This document shows positions 10,203 through 19,331 of a stretch of 64,000 nt of DNA, one piece after another; position 1 is the first letter of the stretch; each line of letters begins with the position of its first letter. A model generated the notes under the pieces. It was not told the DNA's origin. It saw only the letters and a program-made list of their open reading frames with translations, and did no database searches. The position numbers were made by a program, and so were the translations under genes. Origin of the DNA: a bacterium (GTDB lineage Bacteria > SZUA-182 > DTGQ01 > JAFGSM01); assembly GCA_049472335.1 (NCBI GenBank), contig JBLIRO010000009.1, forward strand, positions 1-64,000. The letters run 5' to 3'.

Positions 10203-13200
10203 ATGTCCGATCTTCATCTCATAGACCAATTAGAAGAAATTATAGGCAAAAAATTAGAAAAAGTAATTGAAGAAAAATTTAAGATTAATTCGAAGGACTT
10301 ATTTGAAAAACCTATTATTAATAAAAATTCCTATGCATTATCGCATGATGGAAATGTAATAGCTTTATCCTTAAAAGATAGTAATGCTTTGCAAACGTTT
10401 CCTTTCTATAAATTTGAACACTTAGTATATTTATTTTTAATAGGTGTAGAGTTATCGGATTTTCTTTTTCTAAAAGAACTCAAATGTCTGCAAACACTTG
10501 TGTTGTCAAGAGATAAGTTAAGAGATGTATTTTTTCTCAAAGAACTCAAAGGGCTCACTTCCCTCGATTTAAGATCCAATAAGTTAAGCGATGTATCTTT
10601 TCTTAAAGAACTCAAAGGGCTCACTTCCCTCGATTTAAGTTACAATAAGTTAAGCGATGTATCTTTTCTGAAAGAGCTCAAAGGGCTCACTTCCCTCGAT
10701 TTAAGTTCCAATAAGTTAAGCGATGTATCTTTTCTGAAAGAACTCAAAGGGCTCACTTCCCTCGATTTAAGATCCAATAAGTTAAGCGATGTATCTTTTC
10801 TGAAAGAACTCAAAGGTCTCACTACCCTCGATTTAAGTTACAATGAGTTAAGCGATGTATCTTTTCTGAAAGAGCTCAAAGGTCTCACTACCCTCGATTT
10901 AAGTTACAATGAGTTAAGCGATGTATCTTTTCTGAAAGAACTCAAAGGGCTCACTTACCTGGATTTAAGTTACAATAAGTTAAGCGATGTATCTTTTCTG
11001 AAAGAACTCAAAGGGCTTACTTCCCTCAATTTAATTAACAATAAGTTAAGCGATGTATCTTTTCTGAAAGAACTCAAAGGGCTCACTTCCCTCGATTTAA
11101 GATCCAATGAGTTAAGCGATGTATCTTTTCTGAAAGAGCTCAAAGGGCTCACTACCCTCTATTTAGGTTTCAATAAATTAAGCGATGTATCTTTTCTGAA
11201 AGAACTCAAAGGGCTCACTTACCTTGATTTAAGGAATAATAGGATCAAAGAAGTCCCCGCCTGGCTCGCAAAAAAGGACCTTATTATCAATATAGAAGAA
11301 CTTGCATTGTTCACGGACGGCATCGCCCTATATGGCAACCCCATCGAAAAACCGCCCCTTGAAGTGGTGAAACGAGGGAATGAAGCTATCCTCAATTATT
11401 ATACCCAACTAGAAACCCAGGACAAAGACTACCTCTATGAAGCGAAAATGCTGATTGTAGGTGAAGGGGAGGCCGGCAAAACCACTTTGGCCTGGAAAAT
11501 GGAGAATCCTGACTGCCTCCTTCCCCAAGTCGACGACCGCACCAAGGGCATTACCATCAACACCCATATTTTTGAGGTAATTGCTAGAAACAATAACGAA
11601 AAACGTACTTTCAAATTAAATGTGTGGGATTTTGGGGGCCAGGAAATTTACCATGCCACTCACCGTTTTTTCCTATCCAAACGCTCCCTTTACGTGCTGG
11701 TGGCCGATAACCGCAAAGACGACACAGATTTTAACTATTGGCTGAATATAATCGAGCTATTTGCCGGGGAAAGCCCGATGATTATCGTGCTCAACGAGAA
11801 AGGGGATGTGCAGCGCAGTATCAACACCGCGGAACTGCGCAGCCGCTACCCGGAGAGTATTAAGGAAGTTCAGGCGGTCAATTTCAAAACCCGGGAGGAA
11901 GAGGATCAAAGTGTACGCCAGCAACGTTTGAAAGAAATAAATAAACTGATCGGCTATATCGAGCATTATGCCACAGGGCTGGAACATATCGGGGAACCGT
12001 TGCCGGCCCGCTGGGTGGAGGTAAGGGAGGCCGTAGAGAACGATCCCCGCAACTATATTTACTGCGATCAGTTCGATGAAATTTGCCACGATCAGGAAAT
12101 AACCGCTGTACAAGATATTGATACTTTGCTGGGCTATTTTCATGATTTGGGTATTGTACTGCACTTTGCTGATAATCCTCTACTGCGCGATAGAATAATT
12201 TTAAAGCCGGTCTGGGCGACCAATGCAGTCTATTGCATTTTTGATAATAAGGCAATAAAAGAAAAAGAAGGCCGTTTTAGCCATAACGATTGCGCCGCGT
12301 TATGGAACGACCCCCAATACCATAACATGCACGATGTGCTGATTGAGTTGATGAAGAACTTCCGCCTGGTTTATGAAATCGGTAATAGCGGAAACCTGGT
12401 AGCTCCTCAAATGCTTCCCAAAGATACACCGGATTATGACTGGGATACTGCCAACAACAGCCGGATGCAGTTCCGCTTCGATATTTTTATGCCCAAGGGC
12501 ATCTTCTGGCAATTTGTGGTGATGATGTACCGCTACATCAAAAACCATAACTGGGTGTGGCGCAATGGGGTCATTTTGCAGCGCAACGGCACCCGGGCGG
12601 AGGTAATCGAGAACCTGTTCGAGCGACGTATTTATATCCGTTTTTCCGGCAGCGGCATGGCCGAATTTCGTGCCATTATTGCCGACACTCTCGACGAGAT
12701 CAGCCAATCCTACCATAAACTGGGATATGAAAAAATGATCCCATGCAATTGTAGAATCTGCAAGGATTTAAAAGAACCTACCTATTACGAATTCAGCGAT
12801 CTGAAAACCCGCAAGGAAAAAGGCAAATCCACGGTGGAGTGTAAGAAGAGTTACGAAAACGTTTTTGTGCTGCCGTTATTAGAAGGCTTTGACAGCAAAC
12901 ACTTAAAAGAAGAATTTGAAGAGAAGGTAAAAACTGTTACTCCGAAGCAAAAAACTCGGACGAAAACCATAAAAATCTTTTTGGCTTCCTCCTCGGAATT
13001 GGAAAAGGATCGCGAACAGTTTGAGATTTTTATCAATCGTAAAAATAAGGAGTATGTTAAAGGGGGAGTATTTTTAGAATTGTTGATCTGGGAAGACTTT
13101 CTGGATGCAATGTCGCCCACGCGTTCACAGGATGAATACAATAAGGCGATTGCTGATTGCGATGTCTTTGTCAGTCTCTTTCATACCAAAGTAGGCAAAT

Positions 13201-13481
13201 ATACTGAAGAAGAATTTATGAAAGCCCTGGAAAGCTTCAGAGGCAAAGGCAAGCCGCTCATATATACATATTTCAAAGATGCAGCAGTCAATACGAGTAA
13301 GATAACCCCGGATATTTTGAGCTTGATCAATTTTAAACAAAAGCTACAAGATTTGGAGCATTTTTACACCGAGTATGCCGATATAAACGATCTGAAATAT
13401 AAATTTGGCGAACAACTGGTCAAGTTCCTGTCCGGGCTGACCGGTATTTCGCAAGGTACCATTGAGCAGCTTAATGAATAG
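10203..13481 (+). CDS. Roco protein: LRR - Roc GTPase - COR - C-terminal TIR/DUF4062-like domain
   Basis: 22-aa LRRs; GNPIEKPP linker; GEGEAGKTT, TKGI and WDFGGQEIYHATHRFFL; COR motif LGYFHDLGIVLHF; C-terminal KIFLASSSEL...YNKAIADCDVFVSLF..KVGKYTEEEF. Confidence 0.9.
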   Translation: MSDLHLIDQLEEIIGKKLEKVIEEKFKINSKDLFEKPIINKNSYALSHDGNVIALSLKDSNALQTFPFYKFEHLVYLFLIGVELSDFLFLKELKCLQTLVLSRDKLRDVFFLKELKGLTSLDLRSNKLSDVSFLKELKGLTSLDLSYNKLSDVSFLKELKGLTSLDLSSNKLSDVSFLKELKGLTSLDLRSNKLSDVSFLKELKGLTTLDLSYNELSDVSFLKELKGLTTLDLSYNELSDVSFLKELKGLTYLDLSYNKLSDVSFLKELKGLTSLNLINNKLSDVSFLKELKGLTSLDLRSNELSDVSFLKELKGLTTLYLGFNKLSDVSFLKELKGLTYLDLRNNRIKEVPAWLAKKDLIINIEELALFTDGIALYGNPIEKPPLEVVKRGNEAILNYYTQLETQDKDYLYEAKMLIVGEGEAGKTTLAWKMENPDCLLPQVDDRTKGITINTHIFEVIARNNNEKRTFKLNVWDFGGQEIYHATHRFFLSKRSLYVLVADNRKDDTDFNYWLNIIELFAGESPMIIVLNEKGDVQRSINTAELRSRYPESIKEVQAVNFKTREEEDQSVRQQRLKEINKLIGYIEHYATGLEHIGEPLPARWVEVREAVENDPRNYIYCDQFDEICHDQEITAVQDIDTLLGYFHDLGIVLHFADNPLLRDRIILKPVWATNAVYCIFDNKAIKEKEGRFSHNDCAALWNDPQYHNMHDVLIELMKNFRLVYEIGNSGNLVAPQMLPKDTPDYDWDTANNSRMQFRFDIFMPKGIFWQFVVMMYRYIKNHNWVWRNGVILQRNGTRAEVIENLFERRIYIRFSGSGMAEFRAIIADTLDEISQSYHKLGYEKMIPCNCRICKDLKEPTYYEFSDLKTRKEKGKSTVECKKSYENVFVLPLLEGFDSKHLKEEFEEKVKTVTPKQKTRTKTIKIFLASSSELEKDREQFEIFINRKNKEYVKGGVFLELLIWEDFLDAMSPTRSQDEYNKAIADCDVFVSLFHTKVGKYTEEEFMKALESFRGKGKPLIYTYFKDAAVNTSKITPDILSLINFKQKLQDLEHFYTEYADINDLKYKFGEQLVKFLSGLTGISQGTIEQLNE
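10467..11258 (+). repeat. 66-bp tandem repeat encoding 22-aa LRRs (10 near-identical units plus 2 divergent flanking units)
   Basis: Unit ttt ctg aaa gaa ctc aaa ggg ctc act tcc ctc gat tta ... aat aag tta agc gat gta tct, read directly. Confidence 0.95.
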
Positions 13482-13581
13482 TGTATTTTCGGGTAAGCTT
13501 GTTCTCGTAATATCCATTCACTGAGGAATAGGCGAAAAACTGTCTTTTTTATTTTCTTATTTAAGTCCTTCAATCTCTTGA

Positions 13582-15141
13582 TCAAGGCACAGGATTTATT
13601 ATTTCGGTTTTGTAATCACCTATATTTTTTTTCTGAAGATCAATCCTGATCCCCAGGAGGATAATGCTTTTTCCCGAGGATAAATACCTTTCGTAATATC
13701 CCCTTTCTTTTATCTGGTTGATGGCTTCATCAGAATCATTTGTCTTAAATTCCATAATATAAATATATTTTTCCGTTTCAATAACGGCATCTATGCGTCC
13801 TCTATTTGTCTGCACCTCTGATTCTATCTTTATCCCTATCAACTTTAAAATCAGATAAACGATAGTATGATAATACGCCTCTTTCTCGCTTTCTATGATG
13901 TTATATGGAATTGAAGAAAAGACCGATTTGATCAATTGGATAAGGTTATCGATATCTTTCTCTTTTAAGGATTGGGATATCTTGCTCAACAGGTTTTCAC
14001 TCCATACAAAATCCTTTTCGATATATGTTCTGAATAAATATATCAAGAATGACTCTTTAACTTCCTGATTTGGATAACCGAGTAAAAATACTTCACGTCC
14101 CTCATGAATATTTTTTTCTTTTATTGTTAAGTAACCGGTTTGAAAAAGCAGGGAGGCTATTTCCAAATGGTCAATATCGAAGCTTTCAAAGATATATTGA
14201 TTGACTTTCATTGAATCGAATGTCGAAATATTGTAATTATTTTCTTTTATCAATTTTAAAAGAAACGAAGGAGTCCCGGAGGAAAACCAGTAGTCCCGGA
14301 AATGGGTCTTTTCAAACAGATTTAATATGGAATAGGGATTATAGACAAAGTTAATCCCGTCCCAGGAATATCCGTTGTACCAATTTTTAATGTTCCCCAA
14401 AACATCTTTCTTCGAGATCCGATAATTTGTCGCCAGTTCGTCAAATCGATCCTTAAAGTAATGAATTAATTCTTCTTCTGTATAACCCAGCAAGGTGGAG
14501 TGTTTTTCATCAATAGTGATGTCATTGAGATTATTTAATCCTGAAAAAACAGAAACCCTTGCAAATTTTGAAACTCCTGTCAAAAAGGTGAATTTTAAAT
14601 ATTCATCACAACCCTTTATTGTTGAATAAAAGGATCTCAAAATATCTCTATTTTCCATGGCAATACGCTTTTTTTCAATGTTGTCAATGATTGGTTTGTC
14701 ATATTCATCAATCAATACTACAACCTTATTTTTTTGAGCCAGAAGCCGGATCAACTGATAAAATTTTGTTTTTGAGTCCTGTGCTGATAAATACATGCCA
14801 TTTTCTGAGGCAATCTCGGACATCCTCCAGGAAAGGGATTGTTCCAATTGGTGGGGTGTTGTAAAACTTAAATTAGAAAAATCAATATGAATAATAGGAA
14901 AAGACTCAGTTTTTATTTTATTGTATATCCATAATCCTTTGAATAAATCCCTGTTGCCTGAAAAGATTTCTTTCAGGATTGAGACCAGCAAGGACTTGCC
15001 AAAACGTCTTGGTCGGGAGAGAAAGTAATACTTACCCCCATTGGCAAAAAGATGATAAATTGACTCGGTTTTATCAATATAGAGATAGTTTCCTGTGATT
15101 AATTCCCGGAAGTTTTGGATTCCGATTGGCAGCTTCTTCAT
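13582..15141 (-). CDS. AAA-ATPase-like protein with C-terminal PD-(D/E)XK nuclease domain (DUF1703/PDDEXK_9 type)
   Basis: KKLPIGIQNF, YIDKT, SRPRRFGKSL, LIDEYDKP, TGVSKF, WYNGY, YNPYS, and C-terminal GRIDAVIE..YIMEFK..AINQI. Confidence 0.9.
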   Translation of the reverse strand: MKKLPIGIQNFRELITGNYLYIDKTESIYHLFANGGKYYFLSRPRRFGKSLLVSILKEIFSGNRDLFKGLWIYNKIKTESFPIIHIDFSNLSFTTPHQLEQSLSWRMSEIASENGMYLSAQDSKTKFYQLIRLLAQKNKVVVLIDEYDKPIIDNIEKKRIAMENRDILRSFYSTIKGCDEYLKFTFLTGVSKFARVSVFSGLNNLNDITIDEKHSTLLGYTEEELIHYFKDRFDELATNYRISKKDVLGNIKNWYNGYSWDGINFVYNPYSILNLFEKTHFRDYWFSSGTPSFLLKLIKENNYNISTFDSMKVNQYIFESFDIDHLEIASLLFQTGYLTIKEKNIHEGREVFLLGYPNQEVKESFLIYLFRTYIEKDFVWSENLLSKISQSLKEKDIDNLIQLIKSVFSSIPYNIIESEKEAYYHTIVYLILKLIGIKIESEVQTNRGRIDAVIETEKYIYIMEFKTNDSDEAINQIKERGYYERYLSSGKSIILLGIRIDLQKKNIGDYKTEIINPVP

Positions 15142-15258
15142 ATGGTGATTATAATATTTAATGTTTATTTTATCAATCTGGTCGGTGGTAATTTACTATT
15201 TAGAGTCGATGTATGAACAGCACATCTGAGATCTTATGGAAAAAGGAAGGAATGAGAC

Positions 15259-17574
15259 CTATTTAATACAGACCTTGCGAACCTGAATGAGGTCCGTATC
15301 TCCCTTGAAGACCTTCATGATGCCGTCCTGCTTCAGGGTTGTCATGCCTTCTTCTATGGCCTTATCCCTTATTATATCTATGCTTGTATTCTTGATAATG
15401 AGATCCTTGATGGTATCCGTGCCAACCAGGAGTTCATGTATGCCTGTTCGGCCTTTATAGCCTGAATTACCGCATTTTGAGCATCCCTTCGGCTTGAATA
15501 AAACCAATGTATCCGTATATTCGATACCCAGTTTCTTGTAAAACCATTCCTCTCCATATTCACGGACCAGTTCGTCGTATTCCTCTTTTTCCGGGTGATA
15601 CTTTTCCTTGCAATCCTTGCAGAGGGTTCTTACAAGACGCTGCGCCAGAATCCCTAATAGGGCGTTGGCAAAGTTGAAGGAATCCATTCCCATATCCAGA
15701 AGACGAACGATCGTTTCCGGTGCGCTGTTTGTATGAAGGGTGCTGAAAACAAGATGGCCTGTTAGGGATGCCTCTATACCGATAGCTGCGGTCTCCTGAT
15801 CCCTCATCTCGCCTACCATAATGACATCGGGGTCTGCCCTGAGAAAGGAACGCATGCAATTGGCAAAGGTTAGCCCAATAGTGGAATGAACCTGGACCTG
15901 CCGCAATCCGAACTGGGTTATCTCAACCGGGTCCTCGGCGGTCCAGATCTTCTTTTCCGGTTTGTTGATATGTCCCATGGCTGAGTGGAGGGTGGTAGTC
16001 TTACCAGAACCGGTGGGTCCCACACAAAGTACAAGTCCATAAGGTTTGCTGATAATTTCCTTGATGTGTTTCAGGTTGTATTCACTCAGATTCATTTTAT
16101 TCAGGGGCATTGGCTCGCTGGCAGCCAGTAACCTGAGCACGATATCCTCGTTCCCTCCGATAGTGGGGGTTACCTCCACGCGCAATTCGATATTTTTCTG
16201 ATTATAACGAAACTTTATCTTACCGCTCTGTGGGAGTCTCCTCTCGGCAATATCCAGCCTGGCCATGATTTTTAATCTCGATGCCAAGGCCCTTCTGTAA
16301 TTGGAAGGTATTTCCAGCCCTTTTTTGCATTCGCCATCTATTCTGTATCGCACCATAGTCGATTGCTTTCCCTGATAGGGCTCTATGTGTATGTCGGAAG
16401 CGCCTATTGTGTAAGCGTCACGGATGATTTGGTTGGCCAGCTTTATAATTGTATTGTCTGATTCATCGATTCCTTCTTCATCTTCTGATTCATCGGATTC
16501 CTGGATTTCCAGATCGAGTTCTGAGATGAGGTCATCGATATTGGTAATGGTTTTTCCATCACCCCTGGTGGTTGCCTGCAGATACTTGAGTATATCTTCG
16601 GGCAAGGCACCTGTTAAATGGATTTCGCCTGTATTGAGATAGGTCTTTATTTCATCGATTTTGTGGATGTTATGCGGATCATCCACCAGCACCTCTATCA
16701 CTCCATTGGTTTTTTTGAAAGGGGTCCAGAGATTCTTCACGAGATAATTGGGGCTGAGTCCGTTGAGTAATGATTTGTCAATAATAATCTTGGGATCGTA
16801 ATCTATGAATGGACAGTTAAAGAAATTGAATAATGAATCCAGGATATCCTTCTTGTCTATATTAAATTCCCTTCTCAGGAGATTAATTATATTATCCTTT
16901 GTCTTCCGGACCTTTACGATAAGGTCATTCAGTTCTTTCTCAGTAATAAGGTTTTTCTGAACGAGATAACTGAATTTTGTGGTTGCCTTCTTTTGACGGG
17001 CCACTTGATTATTAAAGGCAATACCAAGGGTCTTTGCGATTTCCTTGATTGAGGATATCTCGTATAAACTGAACTTTCCTCCGCTTTTTTTATTGATTAG
17101 CTGTGTGACCCCCAGTACATTCCCTTTGAACATTATTGCACATGCCAGTACCTGTTTTGTGCGGTATCCGCTTTGTATATCGTATGTTTGATTAAAGCTG
17201 AGCTCAGGATCGATTTTATTCAGTTCCTCTTTATTGTAAGCATCAGTTATATTGATATACGTTTTGGCATAGGCAGCGTAACCGGAGATACTCTTTTTGC
17301 TGATTTTGACCCTGATCTCTCCTACTCCGTCTCCAACCTTGAATTTTGAAAACAGCTCATTTGTATTAGGATCCACTGCATATATGGTGATTCTTTCAGC
17401 ATCGAACAATTCTAAAATCTGGCCCTGTATTTTGAGAAAGATCTCTTCCAGGTCTTTGGCGGCATGTATAGCATTTGTTATACTGAGAAGCTTTTCTTTA
17501 TATGCGAGTTCGCTTTCCAGTAATTTGTAATCTCTCTCACTGTTTTTTTCTTTTGCTCCAAAAAGGATAGGCAT
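15259..17574 (-). CDS. PilB/GspE-family secretion ATPase with N-terminal GAF domain
   Basis: GAF (FDAERITIY, YDIQSGYRTKQVL, QLINK); ASDIHIEP, GPTGSGKTT, TAEDPVE, RADPDVIMVGEMRD, GHLVFSTLHTN; CKDC/CSKC zinc motif. Confidence 0.92.
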   Translation of the reverse strand: MPILFGAKEKNSERDYKLLESELAYKEKLLSITNAIHAAKDLEEIFLKIQGQILELFDAERITIYAVDPNTNELFSKFKVGDGVGEIRVKISKKSISGYAAYAKTYINITDAYNKEELNKIDPELSFNQTYDIQSGYRTKQVLACAIMFKGNVLGVTQLINKKSGGKFSLYEISSIKEIAKTLGIAFNNQVARQKKATTKFSYLVQKNLITEKELNDLIVKVRKTKDNIINLLRREFNIDKKDILDSLFNFFNCPFIDYDPKIIIDKSLLNGLSPNYLVKNLWTPFKKTNGVIEVLVDDPHNIHKIDEIKTYLNTGEIHLTGALPEDILKYLQATTRGDGKTITNIDDLISELDLEIQESDESEDEEGIDESDNTIIKLANQIIRDAYTIGASDIHIEPYQGKQSTMVRYRIDGECKKGLEIPSNYRRALASRLKIMARLDIAERRLPQSGKIKFRYNQKNIELRVEVTPTIGGNEDIVLRLLAASEPMPLNKMNLSEYNLKHIKEIISKPYGLVLCVGPTGSGKTTTLHSAMGHINKPEKKIWTAEDPVEITQFGLRQVQVHSTIGLTFANCMRSFLRADPDVIMVGEMRDQETAAIGIEASLTGHLVFSTLHTNSAPETIVRLLDMGMDSFNFANALLGILAQRLVRTLCKDCKEKYHPEKEEYDELVREYGEEWFYKKLGIEYTDTLVLFKPKGCSKCGNSGYKGRTGIHELLVGTDTIKDLIIKNTSIDIIRDKAIEEGMTTLKQDGIMKVFKGDTDLIQVRKVCIK

Positions 17575-17988
17575 TATTGGACCTTAATTAAATTAAGTTT
17601 CATGAAGTTACCAAGCACATTTAGATTATTGGATTGGTCCCCGAGAGAAGGTATCCTCAAATGATAAAATCTCATTTTATTATTATAGAGTTTTGTTTTT
17701 CTTGATTGAGAATTTTAGTTTCAATAAAACCTTATTTCCGCTTAATAAGTTTATCCAATAATCCTTATACTTGTCAATATATCTACATATTCGGCATTTT
17801 AATTAGAAAACATAGATTGAAATGTTTTTAGCCCCCTCTGCTTTATGAAAAATAAACCGATAGAGGTATTAGAAAATATTAATAGCATAAGATCTTATGG
17901 GATATACACAATGGTTTGACTAAATATAAATAATGTTAGTAGAATAACATCTTGTTTTGATTGTAAAAATTATCCAAGAATTTATAAT

Positions 17989-19296
17989 ATGAAATCATTC
18001 TCCCAAAAGACCGATATCTTGATTGCAGGTGCTGGGATTGCCGGCTGCGCTGCGGCAAATGAATTGCAGGCCAGAGGGATCGATTATCTTCTTGTAGAAA
18101 AAAATGTTGAGCCGGGGGGGCTCACACGCTCCATTAGTGTAGGCGATGCAAATTTTGATTACACAGGACATTTCCTGAATCTGGCACGGGTTAAAAGCCC
18201 TGCGGCATTGCCCTATGCAAACCAGAATGACGAAGACTGGATGCAGGTCAAGCGAAAATCCGGAGTATATATCGAGGGTGAGATAGTCCCTGCTCCGCTG
18301 CAATATAACCTCTTTTATCTGCCGGAAACATTTAGAGAAAAATGCATCAGAGATTTTCGTAACCGGCCGAAGGAGGAAAAAGTTTTTTCCTTTAAGGAAT
18401 ACCTGATGTCGGGATTCGGACAAGCTATCTGTGATTGTTTTCTCTTTCCATATAATGAAAAGTTAATGGACTGTGATATCGGGCAACTTTCAGTGGGAGC
18501 AGTAAAACGGTTTTTCCCAATACCAGATACAGAAAGGATAGAAAGGGGATATAGCAAAGAAGGTGAGAATCTATCAACCGGTTATAACAGCACTTTTTGG
18601 TATCCCAAAAAACACGGCATTGGTCTGCTCGCCAGGGGATTGTCTCAAAACCTTAGTAAGCTTTTGACATGCTGTAATATTGAAAGCATTGATCCGGCTT
18701 CATATTGTGCTTATACCCGGAGAGGTAAGATATCCTATGAAAGGATGCTCACCTCGATTCCGCTGAAACAGTTTTGTTCGATTACAAATGATGCGGATCT
18801 TCAAAACCTTGCCTCTGCTTTGAGACATACCCGCGTGTTCTGTCTGAATTTATTGTTTCATGGTGCTCCCTCTGAATTCTTTAAGAATTTTCATTGGATC
18901 TATATACCGGAAAAGGATATTCCCTTTTATCGTATAGGGATTTACTCTCACATCTGTCCAAATATGAATCCACCCATGGGCACAGCCTTTTATGTTGAGG
19001 TCGCCTTCTCGGACAATAAAACATTGCCGGGAATGTCCACACTCATGGATGAAATACTGCTTTTTCTTGAAAAACAGGGCTGGGCAAAAAGGTATATGTG
19101 TTCGGTGATCTCAGCCAACTGGATCGATTGTGCCTATGTGTATTTCGACCATAACCGCCAGGATATAACTGAGAAAATCTTCAAGAAGCTTCGAAATTAC
19201 AATATATTTCCAATAGGACGTTACGGACTTTGGGATTATATTACTATGGAAGATTCAATTATCTCCGGTATTGAAACTGCTCAAAGTTTGTCTTAA
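17989..19296 (+). CDS. FAD-dependent oxidoreductase (protoporphyrinogen oxidase-like / amine oxidase fold); substrate unknown
   Basis: GAGIAG dinucleotide motif, EK..EPGGL, FDYTGH, and C-terminal GRYGLWDY. Confidence 0.8.
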   Translation: MKSFSQKTDILIAGAGIAGCAAANELQARGIDYLLVEKNVEPGGLTRSISVGDANFDYTGHFLNLARVKSPAALPYANQNDEDWMQVKRKSGVYIEGEIVPAPLQYNLFYLPETFREKCIRDFRNRPKEEKVFSFKEYLMSGFGQAICDCFLFPYNEKLMDCDIGQLSVGAVKRFFPIPDTERIERGYSKEGENLSTGYNSTFWYPKKHGIGLLARGLSQNLSKLLTCCNIESIDPASYCAYTRRGKISYERMLTSIPLKQFCSITNDADLQNLASALRHTRVFCLNLLFHGAPSEFFKNFHWIYIPEKDIPFYRIGIYSHICPNMNPPMGTAFYVEVAFSDNKTLPGMSTLMDEILLFLEKQGWAKRYMCSVISANWIDCAYVYFDHNRQDITEKIFKKLRNYNIFPIGRYGLWDYITMEDSIISGIETAQSLS

Positions 19297-19331
19297 ATCA
19301 CAGGAATTTTTATTTTTATTGGGAGTTCCTT

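Noticed and set aside
10467..11258. 66-bp periodic array considered as a CRISPR array
   Set aside because: There are no unique spacers, the period is a multiple of 3 within an open LRR frame, and no cas genes are present.
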